A DNA stretch of 64,000 nt from the human T2T-CHM13v2.0 reference genome, Homo sapiens: the NCBI RefSeq assembly GCF_009914755.1, contig NC_060936.1; one strand, 5' to 3'. Of this stretch, positions 29,213-42,546 are shown piece after piece; the first letter of the stretch is position 1, and every line of letters begins with the position of its first letter. The notes beneath the pieces were generated by a model, which was not told the origin of the DNA, did not search any database, and saw only the letters and a program-made list of their open reading frames with translations. The translations under genes were made by a program, and so were the position numbers.

Positions 29213-29639
29213 TATGCATCTCAGATGAAGAACTTTCCTCTAGTAATAGGCTCCTTTTCCCTAAATGTATTTACTGAAGGCCTCTGTATTTTAATAAGCT
29301 ATATTTTCACTGGTTTTAAAACTTCATTATTTTCACCATTATTCACATCCATTTAATGTGTTACTTTTCTATAATTAAGCATTACATTTGGCAGTTATGC
29401 CCTCAAAACTGACTATATCAACATTTAAGGTCATGTATTTGTAGGCTTATTGGGGGCTGTATCAAAAAAAAGTCACTAATGAGAGATCATCTACAAATCC
29501 AAGAAATTCAGCATGCTAGTGTAGATGTGAAAGTGTGGTTTTCATAATGCTCCAAATATTTTCTTTTTCTGGATAACTTATTTTAAGGAGCCCTTCAGTA
29601 AACAGTTCTGATTTGACAGCAATAACCAACCACAAACAC

Positions 29640-30090
29640 AATTAGTCAGTATATTAGATAAGCCCGAGATTGGTTGAAGAATAATGCAAACCTCAAAATA
29701 ACAATGATGTAAATGACATAGAAATTTATTTCTCTGGAATATGAAATAATGTAAAGATAAGCAGTCCAAAGCTGACATGGGGTCTTCATCTATCACAAGG
29801 AACCTAAGCTGCCGTCTTTCTCTTCTGCCGTCCTCAGCATATGGCTTTCATGCCATGGACCTGTGTGGCACATGAGGCTCCAGACAATGAAGAGAAAAAG
29901 GGAAAAATAAGTGTGAACCTATGTCCTTTACTGAAAGTCCCACATAGTACTTCCACTTACATCTCGATGGTCATGAATCTAGTCTTGACCACCTGCAAGG
30001 GAAGCTGGGAAATGTAGTCTTTTATTGTAGGTGGCAATGTGCCCAGCTAAAAATTAGGGTGCTAAAACTAAGGGAAGGAGGTGAAATGGG
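29640..30090 (-). mobile_element. MLT1J-like MaLR LTR
   Basis: ATTAGTCAG start; GAAATTTATTTCTCT; CTTCCACTTACATCTC; GCAAGGGAAGCTGGGAAATGTAGTCTTT. Confidence 0.7.
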
Positions 30091-30601
30091 TACTGAAGGA
30101 GGCAACACCTAGTTTTGGTCATGGTCAGGTTCTCTGGCTCCTTGACTTGCTATCATTGTCAGATCATACAGTGACTTAGCTTTCCATGCATATTCATATT
30201 TATTTATATAAATCAAACCTTTTGTGTTTTACTAACATAAATATAAATATTTGAAACAAACATAAATATATGTGTTTACATAGAAATATATATGTAATTG
30301 TAGAAATTTTGAAATGTAGATAATTAGAAAAAAGTGCTAAGCAATCATAAAACTCACCACCCAGAAATAAGTGCAGTTAATTTTATGGTACATTTTTCCA
30401 GGTTGATTTTCATATACACATGTGTATCTATATACTTCTCTTAATACAATTGAAACATACAAAGCACATCATTTTTAACCTCTTTTTTTTTTAGCAATGA
30501 TATATTGAGGCGTCCTTCTGCACCAATATTCTTTTCAACATTGTTTTAAATTGCTATAGATCATTTCATGATATCATTCCACAATTTAACCAACGTCCTA
30601 T

Positions 30602-31257
30602 TGTTGGCATGGCGAGTCTGTACAGGTCTGAAATGTTACAGTAGATAGCTAGTCAGACATGAACAGGGCAGTAGAAAGTTTATTAAAAAGCTTTAGAGCA
30701 GAAAGAAGTAAAGTACACTTGGAAGAGGGCCACACAGGTGACTTGAGAGATCAAGTCCACAGTTTGACCTTTTGATTTGGGGTTTTATACACTGGCATGC
30801 TTCCTGGGTCTTGTGTCCCTTCTGCCATGATTCTTCCCTTGGGGTGGGCTGTCCGCATGCACAGTGGCCCGCCAGTGCTTAGGAGGAGCCAGCCACATGC
30901 AGAGTGTGTTTACTGGAGTTGTATGCATGCTTACTTGGGGCACTCTTCCCTTACCAGTCAAGTGTCCCTATAAGGTAATATACCAGTTAAACTCCACCAT
31001 CTTGCCTCTTAGTTTGCATGCTTCAGCCCATTCGCCCAACTCCTGAGATCTTATCAGGAAGCTGATCACTAGTCTCAGGTTTTTCTATGTATTGGGAGAC
31101 TACTTTCCCTGGGGCTGGCTGCAACCAATTATTATTTTAGAGAGTCAGTTAATAATTGCCTGACCATCATCTGATGGTTGCCTGACATTCCTGGGTGGGG
31201 GACGGGACGATGGTCTCTCCTGTCCTGCTCATGTCTGACCAGCCACCTACTGTAACA
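30602..31257 (-). mobile_element. MER50-like ERV1 solo LTR, inserted in an old L1M (~30290-31600)
   Basis: TGTT...AACA termini; 4-bp TSD CTAT (30598-30601, 31258-31261); GAAAGTTTATTAAAAAGCTTTAGAGCAG...GTACACTTGGAAGAGGG. Confidence 0.8.
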
Positions 31258-32986
31258 CTATTGTTAATCATTTTGAGTTTTTCTGTATTATAAACCACAC
31301 TGCAATTAACATCTTTGTTACTAAATCTTTGTTCATATCCACAATTACTTTTAGAAGATAGTTTTTCTGATCAAATAATATGCATATCTTAAAGCTTTGA
31401 TATGCCAAATTCCTCTCCAGAAAAATTAACGTTTTACATTGTTACCCTACTATCTGAGTATATGCCAATACTTTTGCTCAGCAATAAACATCATATAATT
31501 TTTTTAAATTCTTTACCGATTCAATAGACCAAAACATCAGCCTCAGGTTAACTATGCCTTTGATCACTACTGAAGTGGAACATTTCCCCTGCCTTTATAT
31601 TTAGCCTTTTTTATTATTGTGGAAAGATATGAGAGGAGAGAAAGAAGCTCATGGGCTCAAATTTGGAAACACTAACTTCAGACTGAAAGGAAAAAGCCTC
31701 TGGTTCTGAAGATAAGTCATGTATGCTAACTCAGAATGGCAACATAAAAGGAGAGGTTATCCTTCCATTTCAAGAGGCAGTCAATGAAGTTGTCACCTGA
31801 CCTCTTCCAATAAGGTACCCAGATATTTTCCTCCTTTGAAGAAAGAAGCCACCATGATCTTGGCTCGCATTGTGTTGAGTTTGAAGGACACTGCTTCATA
31901 TGTGATTTATGGGTTTTCTCCCAGCACAGTTTTTCCCTTGACTTGACTGTCAAGCTCTTGTCTCTGTAGAGTGGCAAGTGAAAATATTCCAAGGGGCTCA
32001 AATTTAATTCAAGTAGTCAATAAACCACAAGATCTGTCTGCTCAACTATTTTCATACCAAATAGGATACTCCCCATCTAAATGTGTAACTGAGCTGAAAA
32101 CAACTTTGTGCCTTTAAATATCTGATGTTGTGTCATGTTTCACTACATTTAAAGCCAATACAGTAAGTAGCCAGATCACAATATGCCAAATAGCTGTTTG
32201 TAGCATTTCCTGATATTTGCTAAGTAGAGAATTTCAAATACCCTAGGCACATTCTATTTGTGAATGGGATGATATATTTTCTTGCTTCTGTGTTGTATAA
32301 AATACTCTGGAGTAGTTAATTCTTTGCAAGTTTTTAAACCTTTCCTCATGGTCAAAAGCTAAATCATAAATCAAGAATTAATGTAAGAGAAAGTTTGAAT
32401 ACTCTCTCTTAATTCCCAGTTAGATTATCAGGACAAAACTTCAGGTAATTGCATGCCTAAATAGTAAGGTACAAATAAAAACAGGAAGAAAAAAATAATC
32501 CTCTAACAGCAAAATCAAAAATTAAATATTGAACCATAACTCTCTTTTCCTCTATAAGCCTAACAGTTCTTTTCCATATATGTAAGGAAGGCAAATATGC
32601 ATTTTTTGTTTACAATTTAGGCTGGGACTGCTACAGTGACTCACCTGGAGTACACCCCAATGAAAATTTAGTGGGCAATAACACAGAACACCATGCCCAT
32701 AAAATTATAAAACATTATTGGGGTTTGCCCATCCTCCAATTGTCTTGCTGAAGTCTATTTTTCTTCCTCTATAGGAGAAGCTATTTAGAGTCAAGCATCA
32801 TTAAATCAAAATGCAAAGGAAGGAGAAATTGAATGTGGGTTAATTGCATTCTGAATGCAACTGAACCGCAGTTGGTACAAATTACTGGCCTATAAGAATG
32901 CATTGTGCCTACCAGGAAGACAAGTATTTTGGTGAAGCCGGAGTATGGGTGTGTACCAGGAAGTGGCAGCAGATGAGGATTCTGAG

Positions 32987-33014
32987 TGTGTTTGTGTGTG
33001 TGTATGTGTGTGTG
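32987..33014. repeat. Imperfect (TG)n microsatellite
   Basis: GTGTGTTTGTGTGTGTGTATGTGTGTGTG. Confidence 0.85.
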
Positions 33015-33749
33015 TTGGCAGGTGGGGACACATTAGATCCTTGTATGTTGTACTAAGCAGTTGGTACTTTGTCCTGAAGCATAGCTCTCCCAGGAGAATT
33101 GCAGCTACTGTCCAGGAGGATCCCAGTCTATGCAATTTGGCACACTCTGTGTAATCTTCTCTCCTTTATCGCACAAAGAAGTCCTATACCTGCAATCTTG
33201 CTAGAGAAGTAAAACCTGTATTCCTTATCAGTAGATCTACAGGGTAATAAAGGGAACACTATGATGGGAGCAGCTGTAATGGAATTGAAGACCTCTTTCT
33301 TCTTGGCATCAACTGCCTGAAGATAAAAGGAATACAATTAATATAAATAAAGGGCAGAAAGGCACTGACTCTAAGGCAATGAAATTTTGTAATAGGAGTG
33401 GAAAGAAAGCAGAGATGAATGAGGGCTACAAGAATCACAACAGGCTCCTGGGAGGAGGTGATACTTGCTGTCCCTGCCAGATGTAAAGCATAATTTTCAG
33501 GGTCCTCAAGAATTAAGTGGCAATAGGACTCAAAAAACCATTTCTCCAATAGGAATATAGTGATGTGCAAAACAGACAAATCTCTGGTCTCATGGCTCAC
33601 CACAGAAAACACAGGTACTTGTATTTTTTTGCAGGGCCTTGTTAGGTTACCTGTACCCAAAGGATTTAGGTAACTCTTCCTTTATATATTTTCCATTTTA
33701 TTTATTTATTTATATAGAATTATTTGCTTGCTTATTTACAATTTGTTTG

Positions 33750-34430
33750 TTTGTTTAAATTATAAAAGTAATATGTGTTTATGACAGAGAAGTAAAAACA
33801 GACCAGAAGTATAAAGTTTCTCTCTCCCCTGCCCTACCCAGTCCTTCCATTAAGAGATAACCAATGTTAAAGTGTTGCATGTGCATCCTTTCAGAAATTT
33901 TTCATACATGTGCAAGCATAGATTTATGTTATATATAAATATTATCACACTATTTTACTTTTTCATGTAACTGCTGTAGTGATAGCACCATAATGCTGGT
34001 ATAAAAGGGACTCCACCAGGGCAATCTGGTTGGAAAGATGGTCTTGAAGCTCCATTGCAAAACACTTATGTAAAATAGAATATCAATTGTTCATATCAAA
34101 GAAAGGAATGTGCTGGAAAGTGGAGACAGTAAAGCCCCAGCAAGTAATTCCTTGGTTTTACCACTTAAACATTTTTGTATGATAGCACATAAATAGCTGC
34201 CTACGATTCCCTCGAGTGAATGGACCATAATTTATTGATCATTCCCCAACAGTAGACATGCAGATTATATGTAGAGTTTTTGCCTTCATAAACAATACTA
34301 TTTTGAATCCCTTTGTACAAAGCTTATACTTAGGCAAGGGAACCTATAACATAATTCCTATAAGCAGAATTCCTGACTGAAAGGGAATATGCATTTTAAA
34401 TGTTAATAGATGTTGCCAAAATTAAGCCAA
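33750..34430 (-). mobile_element. Old L1ME/L1MC 3' fragments
   Basis: TTATAAAAGTAATATGTG...GAGATAACCAATGTTAA...ATAATTTATTGATCATTCCCC...AAGCAGAATTCCTGACTGAAAGGG. Confidence 0.55.
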
Positions 34431-35999
34431 TTTTCCAGTTTGCAGTTAATGGGAGAGGATGTTGTTTTCTTAAGGCTTTCCTTGTAGAAAGAAAGTGCTG
34501 AGTAATGCGGCCACAGAACTAGTTCTGCTAGCTTAAGTTTCAAAGTCTACCTACCCATTTGCAACTAGGATCCAAGCCAGGCTTTACATGTTCAGCTTTC
34601 TCTGAGCTTTTGATAACGAAGCTGTTTACATTAGTAATCCAGCTAAACTGTGGAGTGGCATAGTCCCATTTACATTGAGAATCATTTTTGTTTTAGCTTG
34701 TGGGAGTGTAAATTACTATTAAAGGAGTTCCATTTCAAATCCAAAGAACATTCTATTGAGAAGAAAACTAATAAGAGAGAGGGAACCACGAAGGCCAAGT
34801 CTGAGCTGCTGACAGCAATGCAGATAGAAAGAAACAAGGCAAGGCAGAGAAACAAGTTCAGGGAATTGAATAAGAAACGGTGTCACAGTCACATGATCAC
34901 AGTCATATGATCATGAAACAAAAGGTATGGTAGATATTTGCCTGGAAGTCCCTTAGGAAATGATGGCAGCAAGACCAGACGGCAAAAACAAAAAGTTGAA
35001 CATCTTTGCCATTTTCATTTCATGTCCAAATGCTTCTTAGAAACATACAACCTTATTGGCATTAACATTTTGACATTTTATGTATAGATCCTCTTCTAAA
35101 TAGAGTTTAGGTTTATATTCATATTATTGTAGTAAAATAACAGATGATCACTATTTTTTCAAAGATTAAAAAATATGACTCAGAAAAATGCGAGCATTGG
35201 TAATTTAGTTTTGGGCTTTGTCAAATATCTTTTAAAAAACTCAGCTAATAATACACTAAGGCTTCTCATACATAATTTGTATTGTTGATTAAAACCTAAG
35301 AATGGAAAGAAAAGGCTAAGTCTAATTTTTTTGCTAAAAGAATGAGTAAAAAGTAATCAGCCATGTTAATATTTCAAACAGCAAACTATTTGAAATGCAT
35401 TTCTGCTTTGAAAGGAAAATTTGAGATGAACAAGTTCTATTATACACTATTGATAAAGAAAGAAGATATAAAAGGTACAATATACTCTTAAAAATGATTG
35501 CACTTTCAAGGAAACATAAAAGAATAGCTTCTTTTTTGGCCAGTAAGAAAACTGAAGCCCTGTGTAGTCATAAATAGCAAAAATACAACGAAAATCCTAA
35601 TATGTGTGTGTGTGTGTTTTCTCTTCTTCAAGATTCCTATAATATCTAACAATGATATATTTGTAACTTACTCTGAATTGCAAAGCATGTATCAATTGTC
35701 AGTTATCAAAAGTGTCTCTGAAAATTTGAGGTAGCAAAAAACAAAGAAACAATGAACATGTTCATTTAGTCTTCCCTGCTTTTACAATTTGTCATTGAAA
35801 CCTGTGTCTTCCTCCTAATCATATTTTCTTAAATTGTACTTTTATTTAGGATTTGGTGATTGAGAGTTTGCGTTTTCTGTTTGCTAGTTGATTGCTTAGG
35901 TGGCCAGGTGGTTGGTTTCTCTTCATCCAATTGCATACAATGTATTTCTAAAAGGATTTTTAAGGAAATGTGGAATATCATGTAGTAATATGCCCTGTT

Positions 36000-36890
36000 G
36001 CTCATTCCTCCTAAATCTCTCTCTTATCTCCACCTCTGCCTCCTTTCCCGCAGCCTGCCTTGGTTTAGGCCCTCACCACTTCTCTACTGATGACAACAGC
36101 CTCTCAAAGCCCAGCCCCCTTGGCTCCTGCCTTGACGTTACTACCAATGGCCTCATCCTAAAGCAAAAATCTCATTATGCCTCTCTCCTGTTTAAAATAT
36201 TTAATTGGTTTTAATTAGCTTCTCACTACCTTCATGATGAAATTCGAATTCCTTAGAATGCTCTGCAAGCCCTTTCATGACAAGGCCCAGGCCTGCCTCT
36301 CCAAATGGCATCACTTGTAAATGGCATCATTTACCCTATGCTCCAGCAGTAATAACACTATGCATTCACACAGGGGAGGTTTTGTGGGTGTCAGTGCTCT
36401 CCCTGAACTGTCATCATAGTATCCCCCCACTCCCACCCCCCACTTCAACCTGGAGAACCTCTAAAGTTGTGCTTTTCTGTTTTTCTTTTGCATATCATGT
36501 CCTGAGAATCTTGTTAAAAAGACTTTACTTCTGTGGGCCTAAGATGGGGCCCGATGTTCTGCATTTCTAATCAGTTCCCAGGCAATGCTGGGAACACATA
36601 TTGAAGACAAAGCTGAAAAACCTTACTCTACCGTTACTCCCTCTGTGAAAAACTCTCCTGCAAAGCTGATCTACACAAAGCGTCCTCTTTCTAATGTTTA
36701 TGACTTGTATATAGAACATGTACAGGTCTTCTTAGATGTCTCATGTCTTATTTAATTACTTGGTTATAGGTCTGTCCCTGTAATCACTTGTCCATCATCA
36801 AGGGCTGGAACAGTGACTGCTGCTCCTTGTAGTCCCAGCGCTAACATTTGGTCCAGATGTATAGGAATTTCCTAGAAGTATTTTGCATGG
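36000..36890 (+). mobile_element. L2 3' region, with a MER5-like fragment at ~36490-36610
   Basis: Pyrimidine-rich L2 motifs (CTAAAGCAAAAATCTCATTATG...CTGTTTAAAA; CAAGGGCTGGAAC). Confidence 0.55.
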
Positions 36891-37469
36891 AAATTAGCGA
36901 AAATTTTTCACTTGGTGCCCGAATGATCATTTCATAAGGTGTTGTTAAAAATGTCCACTGGATGGAAGGTTACACTAACTTTTTAGCTCTCAAATTCGTG
37001 GTTTTTCTTTATGTTATTGACAATCTCTCCAATGGGGTTTTGGTTAGGGGGAGGCTTAAAAGTAATTGATTTATGATTCTTTTAACCAACATGTAAGTCA
37101 AGAGGCTGGCCAAGAGTTTGAAGAGCCCGAACCTGTTAGACAGTAAACCAATTATCTTTGTGACCTTGTGGGTGACTTCACCACCCCCACTGCATAGCAC
37201 AGCCCTGCCTGTTTCCAAAACACCTGGCCTTGCACAAAAGAATGAAGAAAGAGCCAAGGCACAGAGAATATTCTCCAGCAGAGAGTTTGGGCAAGAAGTC
37301 TTAAAGATGTCTGAGTAGAGAGACAATTAGTGGAAACAAACATCTGTCCAAGGTCTCTCCCATCATGTCATGAACTTGACAAGAAAGGCCAGCAGTAACT
37401 CTTCCAACCGTGGTAACCAATGGCCCTGAAATGTGTTCAATATCAGGTATATCAGAGCCCGAGAGATAA

Positions 37470-37649
37470 GAGTGGTTTTCAATGCTGTATGCACGTTAGA
37501 ATCACCTGGGAAGTGATATTTGTAAAATATGAACACCTGAGGCCCCACCCCAGAACAGCTAATTCAGAATTTCTGGGGGAATGGCCAAGGGGTCAGTAGA
37601 TTTTAAAACTCAGGTGATTATACTGTGAAGCCAGAGTTAACAACCACTG
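37470..37649. mobile_element. MER5A/B MITE
   Basis: AGTGGTTTTCAA...CACGTTAGAATCACCTGGGAAG...GGCCCCACCCCAGA...CAGGTGATT...AACCACTG. Confidence 0.8.
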
Positions 37650-37893
37650 ATAGAGGGTAGTACCTTCTTCCCCTATAGGTGCCTCAGAAGTGAACATCTA
37701 ACTTCAGCTTACACATCCCACTAATTGACCACTGAGTCTTACTTATTTTAGGCAAAACGAAACCAATAGAAAGTTTTGCCTTTTCTCTATGTAGAAGGGA
37801 CTAATGATTCTATAAGAATTTTTAAATTTCTACTCACATTTCCCATCACACAGTTGTTGAGAAATTGGTAAGTTGAGAAAAAATGTGAGGTGT

Positions 37894-37958
37894 AGAAAGA
37901 AGGAAATTGAATTCATTTAGAAAAGAGAATTCCAAATGAGCTTAATTTCCTTTTTTCT
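37894..37958 (+). ncRNA. MIR1252: pre-miR-1252 hairpin (5p 37898-37919 AGAAGGAAAUUGAAUUCAUUUA; 3p 37933-37954 CAAAUGAGCUUAAUUUCCUUUU)
   Basis: AGAAAGAAGGAAATTGAATTCATTT...AAATGAGCTTAATTTCCTTTTTTCT folds into a long stem. It matches my recollection of hsa-mir-1252, known to lie in a SYT1 intron. Confidence 0.92.
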
Positions 37959-38254
37959 AAATCTTAATAATCTACCTTGCTTTTCTTCTCCTTCCACTGC
38001 ACCCTTTCTCCATGAATTCATCAGTCATAGTGGTAAGCTCACAGTATCCGGCAGCAGGTCAGGTGGGATCACACTGGCTAACAAAGGATCTGAGGGTACA
38101 ATGCAGAAGTTGCCAGATAATGGGATTCAATTACATTTCTAAGCATAGACTTCTCCAGTGTTGGCTGTTACACTGCCCAATGTGGAAAAGCACTGCTTTA
38201 TCTACATGGCAAGTGCTTCATACATTTTAGTTGAATCTGACTCGGAGTACCTCA

Positions 38255-38965
38255 ATTTTTTTAATGAAATATTTGAGGTCTACAATAGTAAGTATAAATA
38301 ATAATATAATGAAGACTCTTGTACCTATCACACTAAAGAAATAAAACCTAACATCTATAATCAAAATAGCCTATGTCCTCTTTATCTCCTTTCTCTCATT
38401 CTCTCCTCAGAGGTAACTGTTACCTTGAATTTATGATTCCCAACCCTGTTTTCTCATTTTGTTTGTCATTCCAATGTATGTTTTTATGACACACACAGTT
38501 TTGGTTTTGTATGTTTTCAGCCATATAAATGGCACTTTACTGTATGTATTTTGTGCATTTTCAAGCTTTATATAAATTGTATCATATATCCTTCTGCAAC
38601 TTGACTCCATATTTCATTCTTGGGATGTATCTGTGTTGATTAAAGTAACGTTGTTACTTTTTATTGCTGTATAACATGCCATGGTAGGTAAATACCCCAG
38701 TTGGTCAGCTAATGGATTTTTGAATTGTTTCTAATCTCTTGCTGTCACAGACAATACAACATAGCTCCTTGTGCAAATGTGGGTGAGTATTTCTAGATAT
38801 TTACATAAGAGTGGGATTGCTGGAATGTAGGGTATGCACAATTTTTAAATTTCCTAGATGTATTAAATAACACCCCAACCAGAAGTGTGTGAGCTTTCCT
38901 ATTGCTCATATCCTTGCCACGTTGGCACTGTTAGACTTTTAAATGTTCAGCCAATTTTAACTGGT
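38255..38965 (-). mobile_element. Old L1ME 3' fragment
   Basis: CAGAGGTAACTGTTACCTTGAATTT; CCTTCTGCAACTTG; AGAGTGGGATTGCTGG...GGGTATGCAC. Confidence 0.65.
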
Positions 38966-40199
38966 GAGTTTTCCCTTAAAAACCCTGAAGAGGGCAGCAT
39001 ATCCTGGTAATTGCTGCATCTTATACCTGCATTCCAGTTTATGGGTCCCTCCCTTCTTTACTGGTTGAAATCCTTTGACCTCAGTTACTCTTCAACCCAC
39101 TCTCTCACCTCAGTCAGCTCTGGGCAGTATCTTAGAAGGACAGACAATATAACACTATCTCAAAGCTGAAAGTTACCTCCAGCTTTTTCATTCCACATTC
39201 CTGGCACACTTCTGTCCTCTGACAAGGAGGAGGTAGGGAAACAGAAACAAGTCAGTCTGGAATTAAAACACTTTTTCCAGTTCAAAGTAGCACAAGAGAG
39301 ATATGATGTGAGTAGAGAGTAGTCTTCCACCATTCTAAAGCAGTGGTTTGTAATCTAAATAGAAGGGCATTGCACACTATCAAAAACTATGCTTATGTAA
39401 ATGGGAGAAATACTGAGAAGTAGGAAAAAGTATTGCAAAGTGGTAGTAGCATTGTTTTTCTTCTAGAATAAAAGATATTTACTCCTTTGCCTTCTCAGTT
39501 ACATTGTTCCTGGTTCCCTAAGGAAAAAAAAAGTGTTCAGCTTCAGAACATCTCCTAGAATTTCTCTCGTTTAATACCAAGCTAAAGTCCTGCCACTTCC
39601 AGAGTTCCACAGTGGGAATGCAACCTTCACAAAGATGCTTTCCTTTAAACAAAGCAGATGTGAAATTGAGCCATGCTTAAAGATTTGACATGGCTGCTTT
39701 AGGAGGGAATTTATTGTTAGTACTTTCAAAGTAGACCTAAAAACACCACTCTGCTTTTTTTATTCCTGAACTGGATTTTAAGATCATATTGCTTTAAAAT
39801 AAATGAATGAATAAATAATAACATTTTATTTTGGGGAGGAGGAAGTAGAAAAATAAATATGAATTGTTTTGGAATTGATTGCTATTTTGAGTTATTAAAT
39901 TGTTTTCCCATCCATTGTGGTAGATGAAACTTCCTCCAAATGAGATCTGCTGCTTTTTCATTACTGTCTTGAACTCTTTTATATGCTGGTGTGTTTTATA
40001 AATTTCTAAGGTGCGCCATTTAGAGAGTCTGTGCTTCTGAACTGTTTGACCATAGTTTCCTTGTTCAAGGAACACCTCACTGGAGTTCAAAGGTCACACT
40101 TTGGAAAAATGCTAGCATAGCTATTCTAAAGGTGGCTACACCATCATTACTAACCATTCTGGCCAGAAATTCACAAGACCCAATTATATGTCATCTTGA

Positions 40200-41000
40200 C
40201 TGAAATTCTTTCATGATAGAATATCTGTCTTGACATGTTGGTTGGTATACATATTGCTCTTGCATTGAATGCTGTTATGGAGACATTTGAAGCCAGTCTA
40301 ATTTTTGCTTTATCCAATGTGACACTTTTTTTGTTTTTTTGTTTTCTGTTTTTTTTTTTTATTGTTGGTGGTGGTGGGTGTTTTTGTTTGTTTGTTTGTT
40401 TTCTCAAATTCCCAAGGAATGTCTTTATACTTGAATTGTAAGTATTCAATCAGGGCTGTGTTAAGCATTCTGTTACCAGTATTTCCTAGAACATGGTATG
40501 TTCTTTCAATCTATAAATGTGGTTATTCTTTCTCTTTAGTGAAATTTCCTTGTGTGGTATTTGTGAATACTTTTCCTGTTCCATTTATTGAAACTTCTCC
40601 TTCAGGGACATCAATTTCCTCATGTTAAGTGCTTTTGAACTCCAATCTGTCACCTTCTAATTCCTTTGGTTCCCTTGTATTTACAAGCCATTCCTCGAGG
40701 CCGGTAATTTTATTTGCAGCCATGTTTATTTTGTTCCTTGCTCTGTCACCTTTTAAAAATTCACTCTATAATATTGTTTTTGTACTCAGCCTCCTTAGTT
40801 CTGTAACCTTCCTGGGGTTCTGTCAACTCATCTTTGAGCTCTTGTTTTTCTGAGTTCATGTTCTCATTAACTTGATTCATAGTACAAAGCACTTCTGAGG
40901 AATTTTGTTTTGTTCTTTGGACTATGTTTTCTTTAAAAGAGGGAGTTTCATCTTTCTTTTGCATGCTATGTTCCTTTCTTTTAAGGTTGATTGGTTTTGT
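40200..41000 (-). mobile_element. Old L1M/HAL1-like ORF1-region remnant
   Basis: T-rich L1-like motifs (TTTGAAGCCAGTCTAATTTT); the minus frame gives a degenerate coiled-coil-like peptide (QELKDELTE...). Confidence 0.45.
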
Positions 41001-42546
41001 TTATTTTCATTTGGGAGCATTGCCTTAGCATGTTTGGATGTTTGTCACTGATTTCCCCCATCTTACTCATACCTGAACGCTTTATCTGGATCTTCTCTGT
41101 TCTATCTAGTATAGGTGACTTATTGACTCAATTTCCATAGACTCTAACTTTTTTCCCCAAAGCTATGGTTAAAGAACTTGATTTTGGATACCATCCACTT
41201 AACTGCAGCCTAAGGAAATGGTGCAGGGAGTAGAGAGGGAAGGGAAAGCTCTGCTGAAGCTGTGTGACATCTGAGTTAGAACTCCTGGGCTCTGCACTTT
41301 TGGTTGCTCGTGCTCTCTCTCTCTCTCTCTCTGGGATTTGTTAGATACTTTGAACTACATTTTAATCCCTCTCTTTAATCAGAATACATATCCATCCTGA
41401 AGGGGAACACTCTAGGATTTTTTAAAATCATTCAGCAAATTTTTATTGAGCCCCTCTCCTTTGCAAGGCACATTCTAATCTAGGTGCTGGAAGTAAGCTG
41501 TGTGAACAAATGAGACGATTCCCCTTTCTAATGAGTTTATATGCAATGTGGTATCTTTACCGATACATGCTCTGTCAGAAAGAAGCAGCCCACTTCTGTC
41601 CAATAGCCAATCCACTACCCTTCAGACAAAAATGAGAAAAATAAGGATAGTCATTTAGTTAGTTTCTCTCCAGATCTGAAGACTATAGTGAGGTCTTGAG
41701 AGTTCAGTAATTCACCAGTAAGGTTCCAGGGGCAGGAAGGGAGTTCAGGGTTAGAAGCTACACTGTACCACTCCAAGATCTGTTCTTTTGTGAGCCAGCA
41801 TTGTATGTGTGTGTGTCTGTGCGCCCACACATGTGTGCACACGTGCATGCATGCTTTGTTTTGTTTTAATGTCCATATTATTAGGTTACAGTCTTTTCCT
41901 TATTTCATTGCTGACTTATTACTAGAAAGGAGGGAGCTAGTGGTTTTCATTGTTGGTATCCCTTGTTTTTAGTTCTGAGAGAAAGAGAAAGAGAGAGACT
42001 CTATAATCTGCTTTCATTCTATCACCTGAGCCTGGAGGCCTCAACTAGTTCTTTTAACTCTAATTAAGCCTTAGAGTCTGCAAGTATAAGACAGCTGTGA
42101 AGTAGCTCTGCCCTCAGAATTTTGTAAGTACTTTAAGACATAGACAAACACACATACACACAACAAAACAAAACAAAAACATAAAGCTGAGGTGGTTTGG
42201 TTGGGTTCCTTGCCAGCTTAGCCTCTTACTCTTGGCTAAAAAACATTTCAAGGACTTAAACTGTGGAATAGTTCTAAGAAATTGCTTAGTCTTATCCCTG
42301 GACACTGCAAAATGGATTGCCTCAGATCTAAGAAACCCATTTATCAGAAAAATTCTTCAATTTCATGATATGTTATGGTCGAGATGTTATTGCACAATCC
42401 CACAGAAATCTAGTCCCTCTCCTAAATATGCCGAACACCTATACAGATGGAGGCAAGCAGAGAGAGGAAGGTGAGAGTGAACACTTGTTCCTGAAATCTC
42501 CCAAGATACCGGCTCTGGGTTAGCATTAGAAGGCCTAAGCACCTGG

